DNA of 64,000 nt. Source: a virus. Position numbers and translations under genes: made by a program. Position 1 is the stretch's first letter; each line of letters opens with the position of its first letter. The notes beneath the pieces are model-generated. The model worked only from the letters and a program-made list of their open reading frames with translations, searched no databases and was not told the DNA's origin. Of the stretch, positions 30,001-37,997 are shown in pieces. Location of the stretch: positions 32,001 through 96,000 of the IMG/VR virus record IMGVR_UViG_3300027759_003534; one strand, given 5' to 3'.

Positions 30001-30383
30001 CCGTCGGTTACAAATGTAGCCGTGGTCCAACCCGGATAGGCCACGTTGGTAGTTAAACTACCGTCTGTGGGTGTTCCTAGTGGAATGAGATTGCCAGTAA
30101 CATTGCCGGCAACATTGCCTATTGTTTGATCTACATAAAATTTGGTGGTGGCATCTGCGTTGGCTACTGGTTCTGCTAGGTTGTTGATGTTGACATTGCC
30201 AGCACTGATATTACCAATGTTGGAAATTGTCACATTTCCAACTGTAAAAATACCAGCTACTTCAAGTGTGGATGAGGGACTAACAGTGTTAATGCCCACG
30301 TTGGCATTACTAATAGACAGATCAATGCCATCTCGTTCAAGATTGCTTGATAGTATCTGCCCTTTTACGTAGTTAACTGCCAT
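27006..30383 (-). CDS. PKD/Ig-domain virion protein (1125 aa)
   Basis: SYLWNFGDGTTSTSANPTHTY, INYGDG, FQWGD and NWTWGD PKD motifs. Confidence 0.75.
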   Translation of the reverse strand: MAVNYVKGQILSSNLERDGIDLSISNANVGINTVSPSSTLEVAGIFTVGNVTISNIGNISAGNVNINNLAEPVANADATTKFYVDQTIGNVAGNVTGNLIPLGTPTDGSLTTNVAYPGWTTATFVTDGLDDLNQVALNIAGNTYVGNVYITANVTSGPSPLSVAFTGHYIGNPNSYLWNFGDGTTSTSANPTHTYSNVLGGQFTVVYTAYNTNGTYSGNAALGAKGSTATSTNTDYITLYTPLPLPSFTTSPTTLDTGSSVTLTNTSLYATSYTINYGDGNTAVNPGNSWTTNSHTYNNSANVDALRSITLTGTNQTAGNAPPYSVTSSATNVKIYTQQSPAVTANVTTTINYLATSGGVVSFRNDTPGSPGNTASFGAQQLYNFQWGDSTANSNINIQTGLAGNPSAANITHTFALTSVQQNAATTVNRVANLWLYTGYSTSPFKSSNVTVSIEPEVRAGFVGTSNTQTDATGFTSNAQVGYLYTDYNGLDRSLFNFQNQTSPNVAFTGNVFNWTWGDTTSNTGLITFANITHSYQSAVGSPTTGSKTVALQANGTPGTISQSNTLTRTSYITILANPTAPTNLSGYTNVTIATASQGTSPLLAAGAADNTGGNIVANGTSVIRVATTTPVSTSTQVQNANTATTGTLSAFVNNTASGNVTFTTGGNTVGTVGALIVSADRDLHVANAAVPTGFYKVFSATISNTLASLGTGYNDFQLRHTVSGNTNTVGMVKDNLNSAPTLITSNVAMAGNVNGTFAYISGIPYYSSTGSPSITVATVELQNFTGQTFRSADPFTLAAGSAIEGTGSIIATQTKSLAQIDGPSTMLTGSNVKANTGISSNYTMGNVNVLINGAVNAVANVTATIFNVVGTSTTVQLPTKIQVNATANTGISEGNIAVSATLGSVYTDNALRITGFGAAANTPAFSGATNYYTGNVWSGVQTVAGTAEAVDRYGVVKHFVTNLSTGYLPVGPDLATGRSGLQYFTFAFRRATMANFDIRLTTTTGIAGMWIAAPGTTIDTGGFSSPTPGFPGPTSTLDGWLSCSLQYNGSGVPGASIAGGGNGSNGVALTGADVVPLNSAIANVGYTMTLGSQNSSNSTGNNILVRIALSSGQTITALSIGDAA

Positions 30384-30402
30384 AGATTGTCCCTGTATAG
30401 GA

Positions 30403-30408
30403 TATTTA
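30403..30408 (-). promoter_or_regulatory. Late promoter
   Basis: CAGCTAAATATCC, identical to the context at 852-864. Confidence 0.65.
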
Positions 30409-30413
30409 GCTGA

Positions 30414-30812
30414 TTAGTTTGTGGTGTGAATCACGTTGATTGGCACAGTATTGGGCGGTGCTGATGTAAATGTAATGTTATATCCACCGTCAACGGTATA
30501 AGACGAAGCCGGGTCTTGGTAAATTGAACCTACAAATACTATAAGTTGTGTTGCTGTATTTTCTGCTACACTCATTAAGAACACTGTGGTGCTACCATCA
30601 CCAACAAAGTCGTCCACAGTGTAAGTAATACTTCCGCCTGTGCTAAGTGTAGTCCAACTGCTACCGTTGAAAAACTCCACCAGGCCCGAATCTGTATTGT
30701 AACGAATCATCCCAAATGCAGCATTATCAGGACGGTTAGCAGAACTGCCAGTGGGCAATACCACACCTGTACTGCCACTTTGCAACTGGCGATTTTTTAC
30801 AAAATATCCCAT
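30414..30812 (-). CDS. Small structural protein (LPTG..ANRP and FVGDG modules)
   Basis: Modules shared with 20969-25804 and 25975-27006. Confidence 0.7.
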   Translation of the reverse strand: MGYFVKNRQLQSGSTGVVLPTGSSANRPDNAAFGMIRYNTDSGLVEFFNGSSWTTLSTGGSITYTVDDFVGDGSTTVFLMSVAENTATQLIVFVGSIYQDPASSYTVDGGYNITFTSAPPNTVPINVIHTTN

Positions 30813-31129
30813 TAAATTGTAGTATACGAAGTCACTGCGGTTACTGTATTAGCTGTGGCTACTACCTGTACAAAGTCTCCAGCACCTAACAATAATTTTT
30901 CTCCAGCGTTATAAAGTTGATAGGTGTCGCCGCTGGACAGTGACAACGCATATAAAATTTGATTACTGGTTGTTGCGATGTTGCCGTTTGGTACCACAAA
31001 CACGTTGGCAGTCACATTTGCAGCGCCCCAATTGTTTAAACTGAGCCAGGTAATAGCAGTGTTTCCACCACTGGTGTAAACCACGTTACCAACTACTGTG
31101 TTACCGATTACTTGTGTTGTTATTGACAT
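30812..31129 (-). CDS. Small structural hypothetical protein
   Basis: EKLLLGAGDFVQV C-terminal motif; stop overlaps the next start. Confidence 0.7.
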   Translation of the reverse strand: MSITTQVIGNTVVGNVVYTSGGNTAITWLSLNNWGAANVTANVFVVPNGNIATTSNQILYALSLSSGDTYQLYNAGEKLLLGAGDFVQVVATANTVTAVTSYTTI

Positions 31130-31138
31130 TTTTGTTCC

Positions 31139-31744
31139 TTAAAGTATAATTGCGTAAACAATGGCTTTGCCTTTGCTGACCAATTCGTCGTTGGCTGATG
31201 CTGATGTAAAGTACAATCCTGTACCTCCGCCGCCTATCACATTGCTGTAAACAGCCACCGCATTGGCCACATTGGCTGGTGTAGCGGTATTGGCAAACAC
31301 TTGGTGTCCGCTTAAAAAAAGTTTGTTGGTTGCTGTATCAAACGACAAGTTTGCTGTTGCACCAAATGCACCAGAATTGTTAAACTGTATCTGGGTGTTT
31401 GATCCAGCGGCTGCTACTGCGCTAGTAGTGGTAATAATATTGGCGTAACTGGCAATAGGTGCACCCAAACTTGATACACTGTTGCTGATCTGCCAGGCAT
31501 TGGCCACTGAGTTGAATCGTAGTCCAGCAAAGGTAGTGGGTCCAGTTTGCCCAAGCAGGCCCATTTCTGTAACAGTACCGGTGTTGTTGGCGGCAACTAC
31601 AATAAAATCGTCCACTGTTGACAAGTTACCTGTGTAGGTTAAACTACCATTGAAAATGGTGTTGGCATAATTGATCGTAAGAGTGGCAACCCCGTCATCG
31701 CCGGTTAGAGTTAAATCGCCACTGGTGTTCTTGTATGTAGACAT
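31139..31744 (-). CDS. Structural hypothetical protein
   Basis: AGSNTQIQFNNSG module also present in the 1611-aa fibre. Confidence 0.7.
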   Translation of the reverse strand: MSTYKNTSGDLTLTGDDGVATLTINYANTIFNGSLTYTGNLSTVDDFIVVAANNTGTVTEMGLLGQTGPTTFAGLRFNSVANAWQISNSVSSLGAPIASYANIITTTSAVAAAGSNTQIQFNNSGAFGATANLSFDTATNKLFLSGHQVFANTATPANVANAVAVYSNVIGGGGTGLYFTSASANDELVSKGKAIVYAIIL

Positions 31745-32332
31745 CTATAGATCCTTTTTGTTATTTATGCGGTCTACAAAGGTATCTAAATCAACGTGTG
31801 TGAAGTTTGGTACAGCACTAAGCTCTGGTATTAGGGCTGTGGTTGTGCCTTGTACCCGTACAAATTGCACAAGAGGGTGATCTTGTGCAATACGACATAG
31901 TTGTTTGATCCAATTTCCAGTAAAAGTAGGAGGAGCGTCTACTCGTTTGTAAAATTCTGTGCCGGCATACAAGTTGTTAACCGTATTATTTTCTGTAGGA
32001 CCCATGTCAAATCCCAGCAGGTATATGCGGGTATTCCCGTCTTGTGCTGCCAACCCTGTAGCAATAGGACCACTACTAAATCCAAAGTATGGTTTGGGTA
32101 CCCCTTGTGCGCCTAGGCCTGCAATGGGTCTGCGAGTGTGAAATCTATGTTGGGCACTGTATCCAGATTCTTGTATGTGTGTGGCGATGGGTCGGTCAGT
32201 AGATATCAACACATCTGGAGTAAATTCTCTGTACAGGGCATTACAGCCGTAGACAGTGCCCAACAGTTGTAGTTGGTGTAAATCAACGCCTTGGCGGCTA
32301 ATGCCGTTGCCTAACACAAATGCTCGAGTCAT
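31745..32332 (-). CDS. CstII/Maf(MptE)-fold glycosyltransferase-like protein
   Basis: VLGNGIS, YGCNALY, SSGPIA..LAAQDG..IYLLGFD resemble the CstII motifs AGNGPS / FRCN.FY / GY.EIYL.GID. Confidence 0.6.
   Translation of the reverse strand: MTRAFVLGNGISRQGVDLHQLQLLGTVYGCNALYREFTPDVLISTDRPIATHIQESGYSAQHRFHTRRPIAGLGAQGVPKPYFGFSSGPIATGLAAQDGNTRIYLLGFDMGPTENNTVNNLYAGTEFYKRVDAPPTFTGNWIKQLCRIAQDHPLVQFVRVQGTTTALIPELSAVPNFTHVDLDTFVDRINNKKDL
31762..31767 (-). promoter_or_regulatory. Late promoter
   Basis: CATAAATA 17 nt before ATG 31744. Confidence 0.6.
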
Positions 32333-32366
32333 AAAAAATCCCCACAGTACTTATTGTGGGGATTTT
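32333..32366 (-). terminator. Terminator hairpin with a TAAGTA late-promoter variant in its loop
   Basis: 12-bp stem AAAATCCCCACA/TGTGGGGATTTT, loop ATAAGTAC; the U-tract abuts ATG 32332. Confidence 0.75.
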
Positions 32367-32381
32367 AGGGCTACAACAAAA

Positions 32382-33203
32382 TTAGCTTGTGTAGTTTTCT
32401 ACAATAGCAAGATCTAAAGCGCCTGTTGCCAATTGCTCTGAACCGTTGGTTCCCCATGTGTCAACTTCGGCACCGGATTTGGCTGTTGTGCCTTCGTCAC
32501 TGAAGAAGTTGTCAGCGTATACCACATTGTTAACAACCTGATCTGCATTCCAAACATCCCCGGTGTTAGCAACACCGCCAACTTCGCCGCCAGCAAAGTT
32601 TTGTAGGAACTTGTTGGTCAACTTACTGATTGCTGTTTCAACAGAGTCGTTACTAAAATAACTAATACTCATGTTTCCAGCAGTTGGTGTTAAATCACTT
32701 GTTAATACACAAATACCAACTTCTTGAGCTGTGCCAGTGGTGCCTGCACCAGCGGCTGCTGTTGGTGTGAAAACAGTACCTACACCATAGCCTGCTGGAG
32801 CACCCATGGCTGTCCAGTTAGTATCGCCAACTACTCGAATACGTAGTGCCACTGATGGTGATCCACCGATTACTGCGTTTTCTGGATCAATGCCAGCGTT
32901 AGTAGATACCAAAAACTTGTGTGAACCTTTTTGACGGATGATTAATCCGGCTGCTTGACCGCTGGAACTATTAGTAATATTTACTTCGCACTTGACTACT
33001 GGATAGTTTGCAGTGGCCACTGTTGGAGGCTGAACACCACCAACTACGCCAAGATATTCTGTGCCAGTCCAAGTATTACTTGGGTACACAGGTGCTGTTA
33101 AACTTGTTAGTGCATTGAAACCAATATCAACACCAGGGTTTGCACCGGTACTGGCGTTATAACTAGCTTCGGTAATTTTTTTGATTTTAAGAGGACGTCC
33201 CAT
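32382..33203 (-). CDS. MGRP-family virion structural protein
   Basis: MGRPLKIKK start, strong AAGGAG RBS, late promoter, two genes downstream of the capsid gene. Confidence 0.65.
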   Translation of the reverse strand: MGRPLKIKKITEASYNASTGANPGVDIGFNALTSLTAPVYPSNTWTGTEYLGVVGGVQPPTVATANYPVVKCEVNITNSSSGQAAGLIIRQKGSHKFLVSTNAGIDPENAVIGGSPSVALRIRVVGDTNWTAMGAPAGYGVGTVFTPTAAAGAGTTGTAQEVGICVLTSDLTPTAGNMSISYFSNDSVETAISKLTNKFLQNFAGGEVGGVANTGDVWNADQVVNNVVYADNFFSDEGTTAKSGAEVDTWGTNGSEQLATGALDLAIVENYTS

Positions 33204-33220
33204 TTTGTTTTCTCCTTAAA

Positions 33221-33296
33221 GAAGTCCGATCGGAGTTCTAGTCCGTACGCGGTAGGGTTCTAGTCCGCCGCATAAAACGCATGATTGCGTTGACAA
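33221..33296 (-). ncRNA. Candidate structured cis-regulatory 5' UTR
   Basis: Two CGGACUAGAAC copies, an AACGCA/UGCGUU hairpin, a UAUGCGG/CCGCGUA stem and a UCCGAUCGGA palindrome. Confidence 0.5.
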
Positions 33297-33297
33297 G

Positions 33298-33303
33298 TAT
33301 TTA
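33298..33303 (-). promoter_or_regulatory. Late promoter
   Basis: CATAAATA upstream of the structured leader. Confidence 0.6.
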
Positions 33304-33340
33304 TGGCACTGCAAATATTTTGGGTGCGTACCGAGCAAAT

Positions 33341-33346
33341 TAAATA
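33341..33346 (+). promoter_or_regulatory. Late promoter
   Basis: TTAAATA 5 nt before ATG 33352. Confidence 0.55.
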
Positions 33347-33351
33347 CATGC

Positions 33352-34500
33352 ATGGATACAGAACACTTGGTAGCACACGGCAATACCTGCCGAGAACAAC
33401 ACAACCCTGAAGGTGCCTTGGCCTACTATGCCCAAGCTCTAACACAGGATCGACATCACGCAGGTGCGTTTAATAATTATGGCAATGTGCTACGTGAATC
33501 AGGTGATCCTGCAGGTGGTATTCCGTTTTTGCAACGGGCTATACAACTGGATCCCACCAATGTCACTGCTCAATTTAATCTAGCTGTGGCTTACTTGCTG
33601 AGTGGTGACTATGCTCGCGGATGGCCGCAGTATGAGTGGCGCTGGCGGTACGAACACCTAAATGGTCAATTACCCACGTATGAGCAACCGCGCTGGACTG
33701 GCCAGGATTTAAAAGACAAAACTATCTTGGTGTTGGGTGAACAAGGGCATGGGGATAATATACAGTTTATCCGCTTTGTGGGTGACTTGTCTGGTCGTGG
33801 TGCTCGAGTACTAGTTGCTGTAAATCCGAGCCTTATTCCCTTATTCCAGAGCATTCCACAAATTACAGAATTATTTGGGCCAGATCAGCCGTTGCCAGCG
33901 TTTGATTATTGGACTCCTATCATGAGTATTCCTGGTGCAATTGGTAATACCTTAGACAATCTAAGTCATGTGCAATACTACCTTCGAGCTGACGAACAGT
34001 TGGCACGAGCTTGGCAAGAAAAATTAGGACCAAAGACTCGACTGCGTGTGGGCTTTTGCTGGTCGGGTCGAAAAGATACCTGGATTAATCAACACAAGGC
34101 CATGCCTTTTGAAACCATGTTGGCCTTGATCCAACGCAATCCCAGCTATGAGTGGGTTAATCTACAGTGCGATTGTAGTTCAGAAGAAGAACAGCAATTG
34201 GTTGCTGCTGGCGTTCGAGCATATCCTGGGGCTATCACCACGTTTGCAGATACAGCGGCCTTGATACATCACATGGATGTTGTGCTGGCTGTGGATACTG
34301 CTGTGGCACACTTGTCAGGTGCATTAGGACGACCTGTTTGGGTCATGTTAAATCAGTTTGGTCTAGACTGGCGCTGGTTGTTGAATCGTGATTCAAGTCC
34401 GTGGTATAGCACTGCCACCTTGTTCCGCCAACCAGTCATGGGCGACTGGGCCAGTGTAACTGACCGGATTGACAAATATCTCAGTTGGTATAAAGTCTAA
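33352..34500 (+). CDS. TPR-repeat glycosyltransferase (GT-B, GT9/heptosyltransferase-like)
   Basis: N-terminal TPRs; ILVLGEQGHGDNIQFIRF, RVGFCWSG, FADTAALIHHMDVVLAVDTAVAHLSGALG, DWRW. Confidence 0.85.
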   Translation: MDTEHLVAHGNTCREQHNPEGALAYYAQALTQDRHHAGAFNNYGNVLRESGDPAGGIPFLQRAIQLDPTNVTAQFNLAVAYLLSGDYARGWPQYEWRWRYEHLNGQLPTYEQPRWTGQDLKDKTILVLGEQGHGDNIQFIRFVGDLSGRGARVLVAVNPSLIPLFQSIPQITELFGPDQPLPAFDYWTPIMSIPGAIGNTLDNLSHVQYYLRADEQLARAWQEKLGPKTRLRVGFCWSGRKDTWINQHKAMPFETMLALIQRNPSYEWVNLQCDCSSEEEQQLVAAGVRAYPGAITTFADTAALIHHMDVVLAVDTAVAHLSGALGRPVWVMLNQFGLDWRWLLNRDSSPWYSTATLFRQPVMGDWASVTDRIDKYLSWYKV

Positions 34501-34799
34501 GGCTGGTAATAAATGACTTCGCCGGTGACAGGATTGTAGTACATGGCATAAAATCCTGCAGGTACAGTATTGCTGACTCTGGCAGGACCTAGATATAAGT
34601 TGGCGCCTGATCCTGATATGACCAAATTCAAGTTGCCATCCACATTGCCCAGATAGATATTTCCGGTGTTGGGATTCACAGTCATCTCACCTGGTCTAGC
34701 ATTGCCGTTGTAGTTGGTCACAGACTCCTGAGCGTTGTCTTTCATAACTGTTCTAGTGATGCCAGTTATGTCTGCGTATGGTGGAGGTGGATTTGCCAT
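34497..34799 (-). CDS. Small late hypothetical protein (MANPPPP)
   Basis: 100-aa ORF with a late promoter. Confidence 0.7.
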   Translation of the reverse strand: MANPPPPYADITGITRTVMKDNAQESVTNYNGNARPGEMTVNPNTGNIYLGNVDGNLNLVISGSGANLYLGPARVSNTVPAGFYAMYYNPVTGEVIYYQP

Positions 34800-34804
34800 A
34801 CCAG

Positions 34805-34810
34805 TATTTA
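34805..34810 (-). promoter_or_regulatory. Late promoter
   Basis: GCTAAATA 5 nt before ATG 34799. Confidence 0.65.
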
Positions 34811-35548
34811 GCGGCTTGGGCAGTGATCGCCGTGCCAGCGGGCGTAACCATTCACAGCTACCAGTTGATCACAGTGCGGGCATAGCCGCTTTTCACGCTT
34901 CTTGCCCATGTTAGCTAGACTTCTTGCCAACTTTTCTTCTTCAGTTTGTTTACGGCCACGCAGTTTGTCTCCAATTTTTTTACGAGTGTTGTCTGATACT
35001 TCTGCTCCATAACGTGGGTTATTTTTTCCTGACTGTGCGGCTGATAATTTTGCTCGATGTTCTTCTGTTATAGGAGGTTTCGTTTTGCCAGTTGTGTTTG
35101 CCACCAATCTTGCATGTTGTTCTGGTGTCAGCGTATTACCTAGATTTTTTTGTCTAATTTTTTCTCTTGCTTCTGGTGTATGTGTTTTGCCCCACATTGG
35201 GTTTTTCTCCCCAAGGATTCTTTCACGTTGTAGTATTGCATATTCTTGTTTAATACTTTCATATACTCGTGCGGTAATTTTTGTAGCATAACGTTGTTGT
35301 CCTGATTTCTCTGCTCGCATCATCCTAAGTGCATTTAGCATTTTATGATGTTCTTGTCCTGTAGTCATTTTGACCAACAACCAATGGCATACAAAGTGTT
35401 CTCTAGCAGTTAGATTTACCAAGTTATCTGGCTCATCTCCACCACCTAAACTACGTGGTACTATGTGATGACTCTCTGTGTAAGTTTCTAGGACACGATT
35501 TTTGGCTCGATTTGTAATGTTTGCGTACCATTGTTTATATTTGTTCAT
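34808..35548 (-). mobile_element. Free-standing HNH homing endonuclease with NUMOD3-like repeats (start moved to MNKYK)
   Basis: ESHHIVPRSLGGGD..DNLVNLTAREHFVCH; NPMWGKTHT and NPRYG repeats; C-terminal CPHC. Confidence 0.85.
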
Positions 35549-35553
35549 ATGTT

Positions 35554-35602
35554 TATTTATGTTAGTAAGCTCCATGATAACATTTATAAACAAAAATGTC
35601 AA
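35554..35602 (-). promoter_or_regulatory. Tandem sigma70 (TTGACA-17-TGnTATCAT, 35574-35602) and late (ATAAATA, 35554-35560) promoters
   Basis: Both lie between the capsid terminator and ATG 35548. Confidence 0.65.
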
Positions 35603-35603
35603 C

Positions 35604-35627
35604 AAAAAAGCGCCTTTCGGCGCTTTT
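35604..35627 (-). terminator. Intrinsic terminator of the head operon
   Basis: AAAAGCGCC-GAAA-GGCGCTTTTTT. Confidence 0.9.
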
Positions 35628-35671
35628 CTGCTTCTTCCCATCCCTGAGAAAAATAAACAAACAATCTCTGA

Positions 35672-36868
35672 TTAAGAGAAAGACAAGTTTTGGACGGCAA
35701 TCTCCCCGACGTAGTCGGCAGCATTACCAAACGAACTTGCAGTATTTGTTAATTCTACGAAGCCATATCTCGTCATGAAACTTACGACTGGTTCGAATGT
35801 TGACGGATCCAATACCACGCCACTGCTCATCAACGGAATGTATGGGCAATAGAACGCAGCAGCATCAGCTTCGCTTGTACCCTTGTAGCCAACCAATACA
35901 CTAGCTGTATCACTAGCGTAAGAGTTTACAAACACACGCATTGCACCGTTCAATGTACCAACAAACTTAGTGTTTGTAGGAGCTTCAAATGTGCCTTCTG
36001 TTGTGCGGGCAAAAGCACTAGTTGTTGCACTTTGCAATACTGTCAAGCTAGCTGGGGAAACAACAGCCCAGTTACCAGCGCCACGACGTGTACGCTGAGC
36101 GATCAAGTTAGCAACGCGGTTGATCAACACTGCCAAAGCGGCATGCTCATCACCAACGAATGTTGCTGTACCAGATACAGTTGCTTGGTTGTATGTGTAC
36201 TCTGTAGCAGCCAATGTGCTCAAGGATAACAAGATCTCTTGATCAATCTCAGCTGTGATCTCTTGTGCAAGAGCAGCCATGATTTCAGCTTCTACGTCGA
36301 TACCGTGCATGGCTTGTGCATCTTGAGCAGATTCAAATGTCCAACGAGCTTGTAACTTGCGTGTCTTTGCTTCAACAGCTTGCTTCAAGATTTGTACGGA
36401 GATTTGCTTACCGCCTGTGCCTTCCATAACTGCTGTGTTGTTACCTGTGTAACCAGTAGCTGTTGTAGTAGCTTGTGGCACTGTAGAGTAAGCAGTAGCA
36501 ATTGTGAATGGGCTCAAAGCTTCTTGACCAGCTTGGACGCTAGTAGCGGCTGCTGAATTGTCTGTCAAACTCTGTGCATAGCGAACACGTAATGTGTGGA
36601 TTTGGCCTACTGGACCTGTCATTGGCTGTACGCCTACCAACTCGTTAGCAATAACTGTTGGCATAACACGTCGAATAACTGGCAGAATCACACGGTTTAA
36701 TGTGGCGATGTTACCAGAAACTGTAGAACCTGAACTTGCATTCTCACGCAAGTATTTTTTTGTGTTTTCGAGGATAACTGACATGGAAGTACGCTTAGAG
36801 CCGGACAAGCCTTCTAAGAGTGCATCTTTAGTTTCAGTCCAACGACCTTCTAATAATTCTTGTGACAT
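35672..36868 (-). CDS. gp23: Major capsid protein
   Basis: VIRRVMPTVIANELVGVQPMTGPVGQIHTLRVRY, VEAKTRKLQARWT, FYCPYIPL, FMTRYG. Confidence 0.97.
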   Translation of the reverse strand: MSQELLEGRWTETKDALLEGLSGSKRTSMSVILENTKKYLRENASSGSTVSGNIATLNRVILPVIRRVMPTVIANELVGVQPMTGPVGQIHTLRVRYAQSLTDNSAAATSVQAGQEALSPFTIATAYSTVPQATTTATGYTGNNTAVMEGTGGKQISVQILKQAVEAKTRKLQARWTFESAQDAQAMHGIDVEAEIMAALAQEITAEIDQEILLSLSTLAATEYTYNQATVSGTATFVGDEHAALAVLINRVANLIAQRTRRGAGNWAVVSPASLTVLQSATTSAFARTTEGTFEAPTNTKFVGTLNGAMRVFVNSYASDTASVLVGYKGTSEADAAAFYCPYIPLMSSGVVLDPSTFEPVVSFMTRYGFVELTNTASSFGNAADYVGEIAVQNLSFS

Positions 36869-36895
36869 TTAAGTCTCCTTATATTATGTCTTGGA

Positions 36896-37996
36896 TTACA
36901 GCCCTGCCAAACGCTTTAGATCGATCACATTGCTGGTATTCTCAGCTTGTTGATCTGCATCTGGACTGCGGGCAGATTTATCGCCAGTGGCTTCAGATAA
37001 TGACTCTGTGATTACCTTGGAGGCTTTCGCAGAACGATCTTCTAAAACTGCTGGTAGATACTTTTCAAATGCGTTGGACAAACGAGTTGTCTGTACGCTT
37101 TCGAGCAAACTACGCATCACTTGTTGCTTTTCTTTGTTTAAAGGAGCTAGCAATTCCTCTAAGGCAGCTTCACGCTGATTAGATTCTTTAAGGATACGCA
37201 TTTCGCGTTCTTTGTTTTCGACCAAAACTTTTGCTTTCTGGGCGAATCGGATGGCCTCTGACAGTTTGGCATCTTTGGCAGCGATTGTGTCATGTAGTTT
37301 ACGAACTTCTTGCTTCTCATTTAAATGAGTTGCACCAAATTCACTTGCATACGCTTCAAAAATACGACGTCCAAAATTGTTCTCACGAGCAACTTTGATG
37401 TCTTCTTGTAACTGACTGAGTTCAGCTTTAAGATGTGTGCTAACAGCGTTAGACATTTTCCGGGCACTTTCTGTAACAAAACGTGCTTTGAGTGTTTCTA
37501 ACTGTTTACGAGCTTCACGCACCAAACGAACTTTAGTTTCAACAACGTCCTGTTTGTCTTGTGCAAATTCTTGAATCTCACGTGCAAGTGCATGTACCAC
37601 AAACTGTTCTAGTTTCTGAACACCTTCTGTGTGCATCTTGCGGTCTCGACGCAATTCGCCAATTTCTTCAGCAAGTTTAGTAACCATAAACGAATTGAAC
37701 TTCGTTGCTGATTCTTTCATCTTGCCTTGGAATTTGACGCGATCTTCTGCAAGTGCTTGCTTTTCAGCTGCAACTGCTTGGATTTCTGCGGTAAGACCAT
37801 CTGTTACCATACGATCTAAGGCTTCCACCATCACTGTTTTATCATGCTCATAGCGTTGTGCAAACTCTTCGCGGAGTTCTGCACGTACCTGTTCACGAGC
37901 TTCGTTCAACTGTGTTTCCCATGCTTCTGAGATCTGTTGTTGAGCTTCTTCGTTAATCAAGTCGCTATCTAGTAACGGTTTAATAGCATCTAGCAT
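36896..37996 (-). CDS. gp22: Prohead core scaffold protein
   Basis: Coiled-coil protein lying between the protease and capsid genes. Confidence 0.85.
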   Translation of the reverse strand: MLDAIKPLLDSDLINEEAQQQISEAWETQLNEAREQVRAELREEFAQRYEHDKTVMVEALDRMVTDGLTAEIQAVAAEKQALAEDRVKFQGKMKESATKFNSFMVTKLAEEIGELRRDRKMHTEGVQKLEQFVVHALAREIQEFAQDKQDVVETKVRLVREARKQLETLKARFVTESARKMSNAVSTHLKAELSQLQEDIKVARENNFGRRIFEAYASEFGATHLNEKQEVRKLHDTIAAKDAKLSEAIRFAQKAKVLVENKEREMRILKESNQREAALEELLAPLNKEKQQVMRSLLESVQTTRLSNAFEKYLPAVLEDRSAKASKVITESLSEATGDKSARSPDADQQAENTSNVIDLKRLAGL

Positions 37997-37997
37997 A

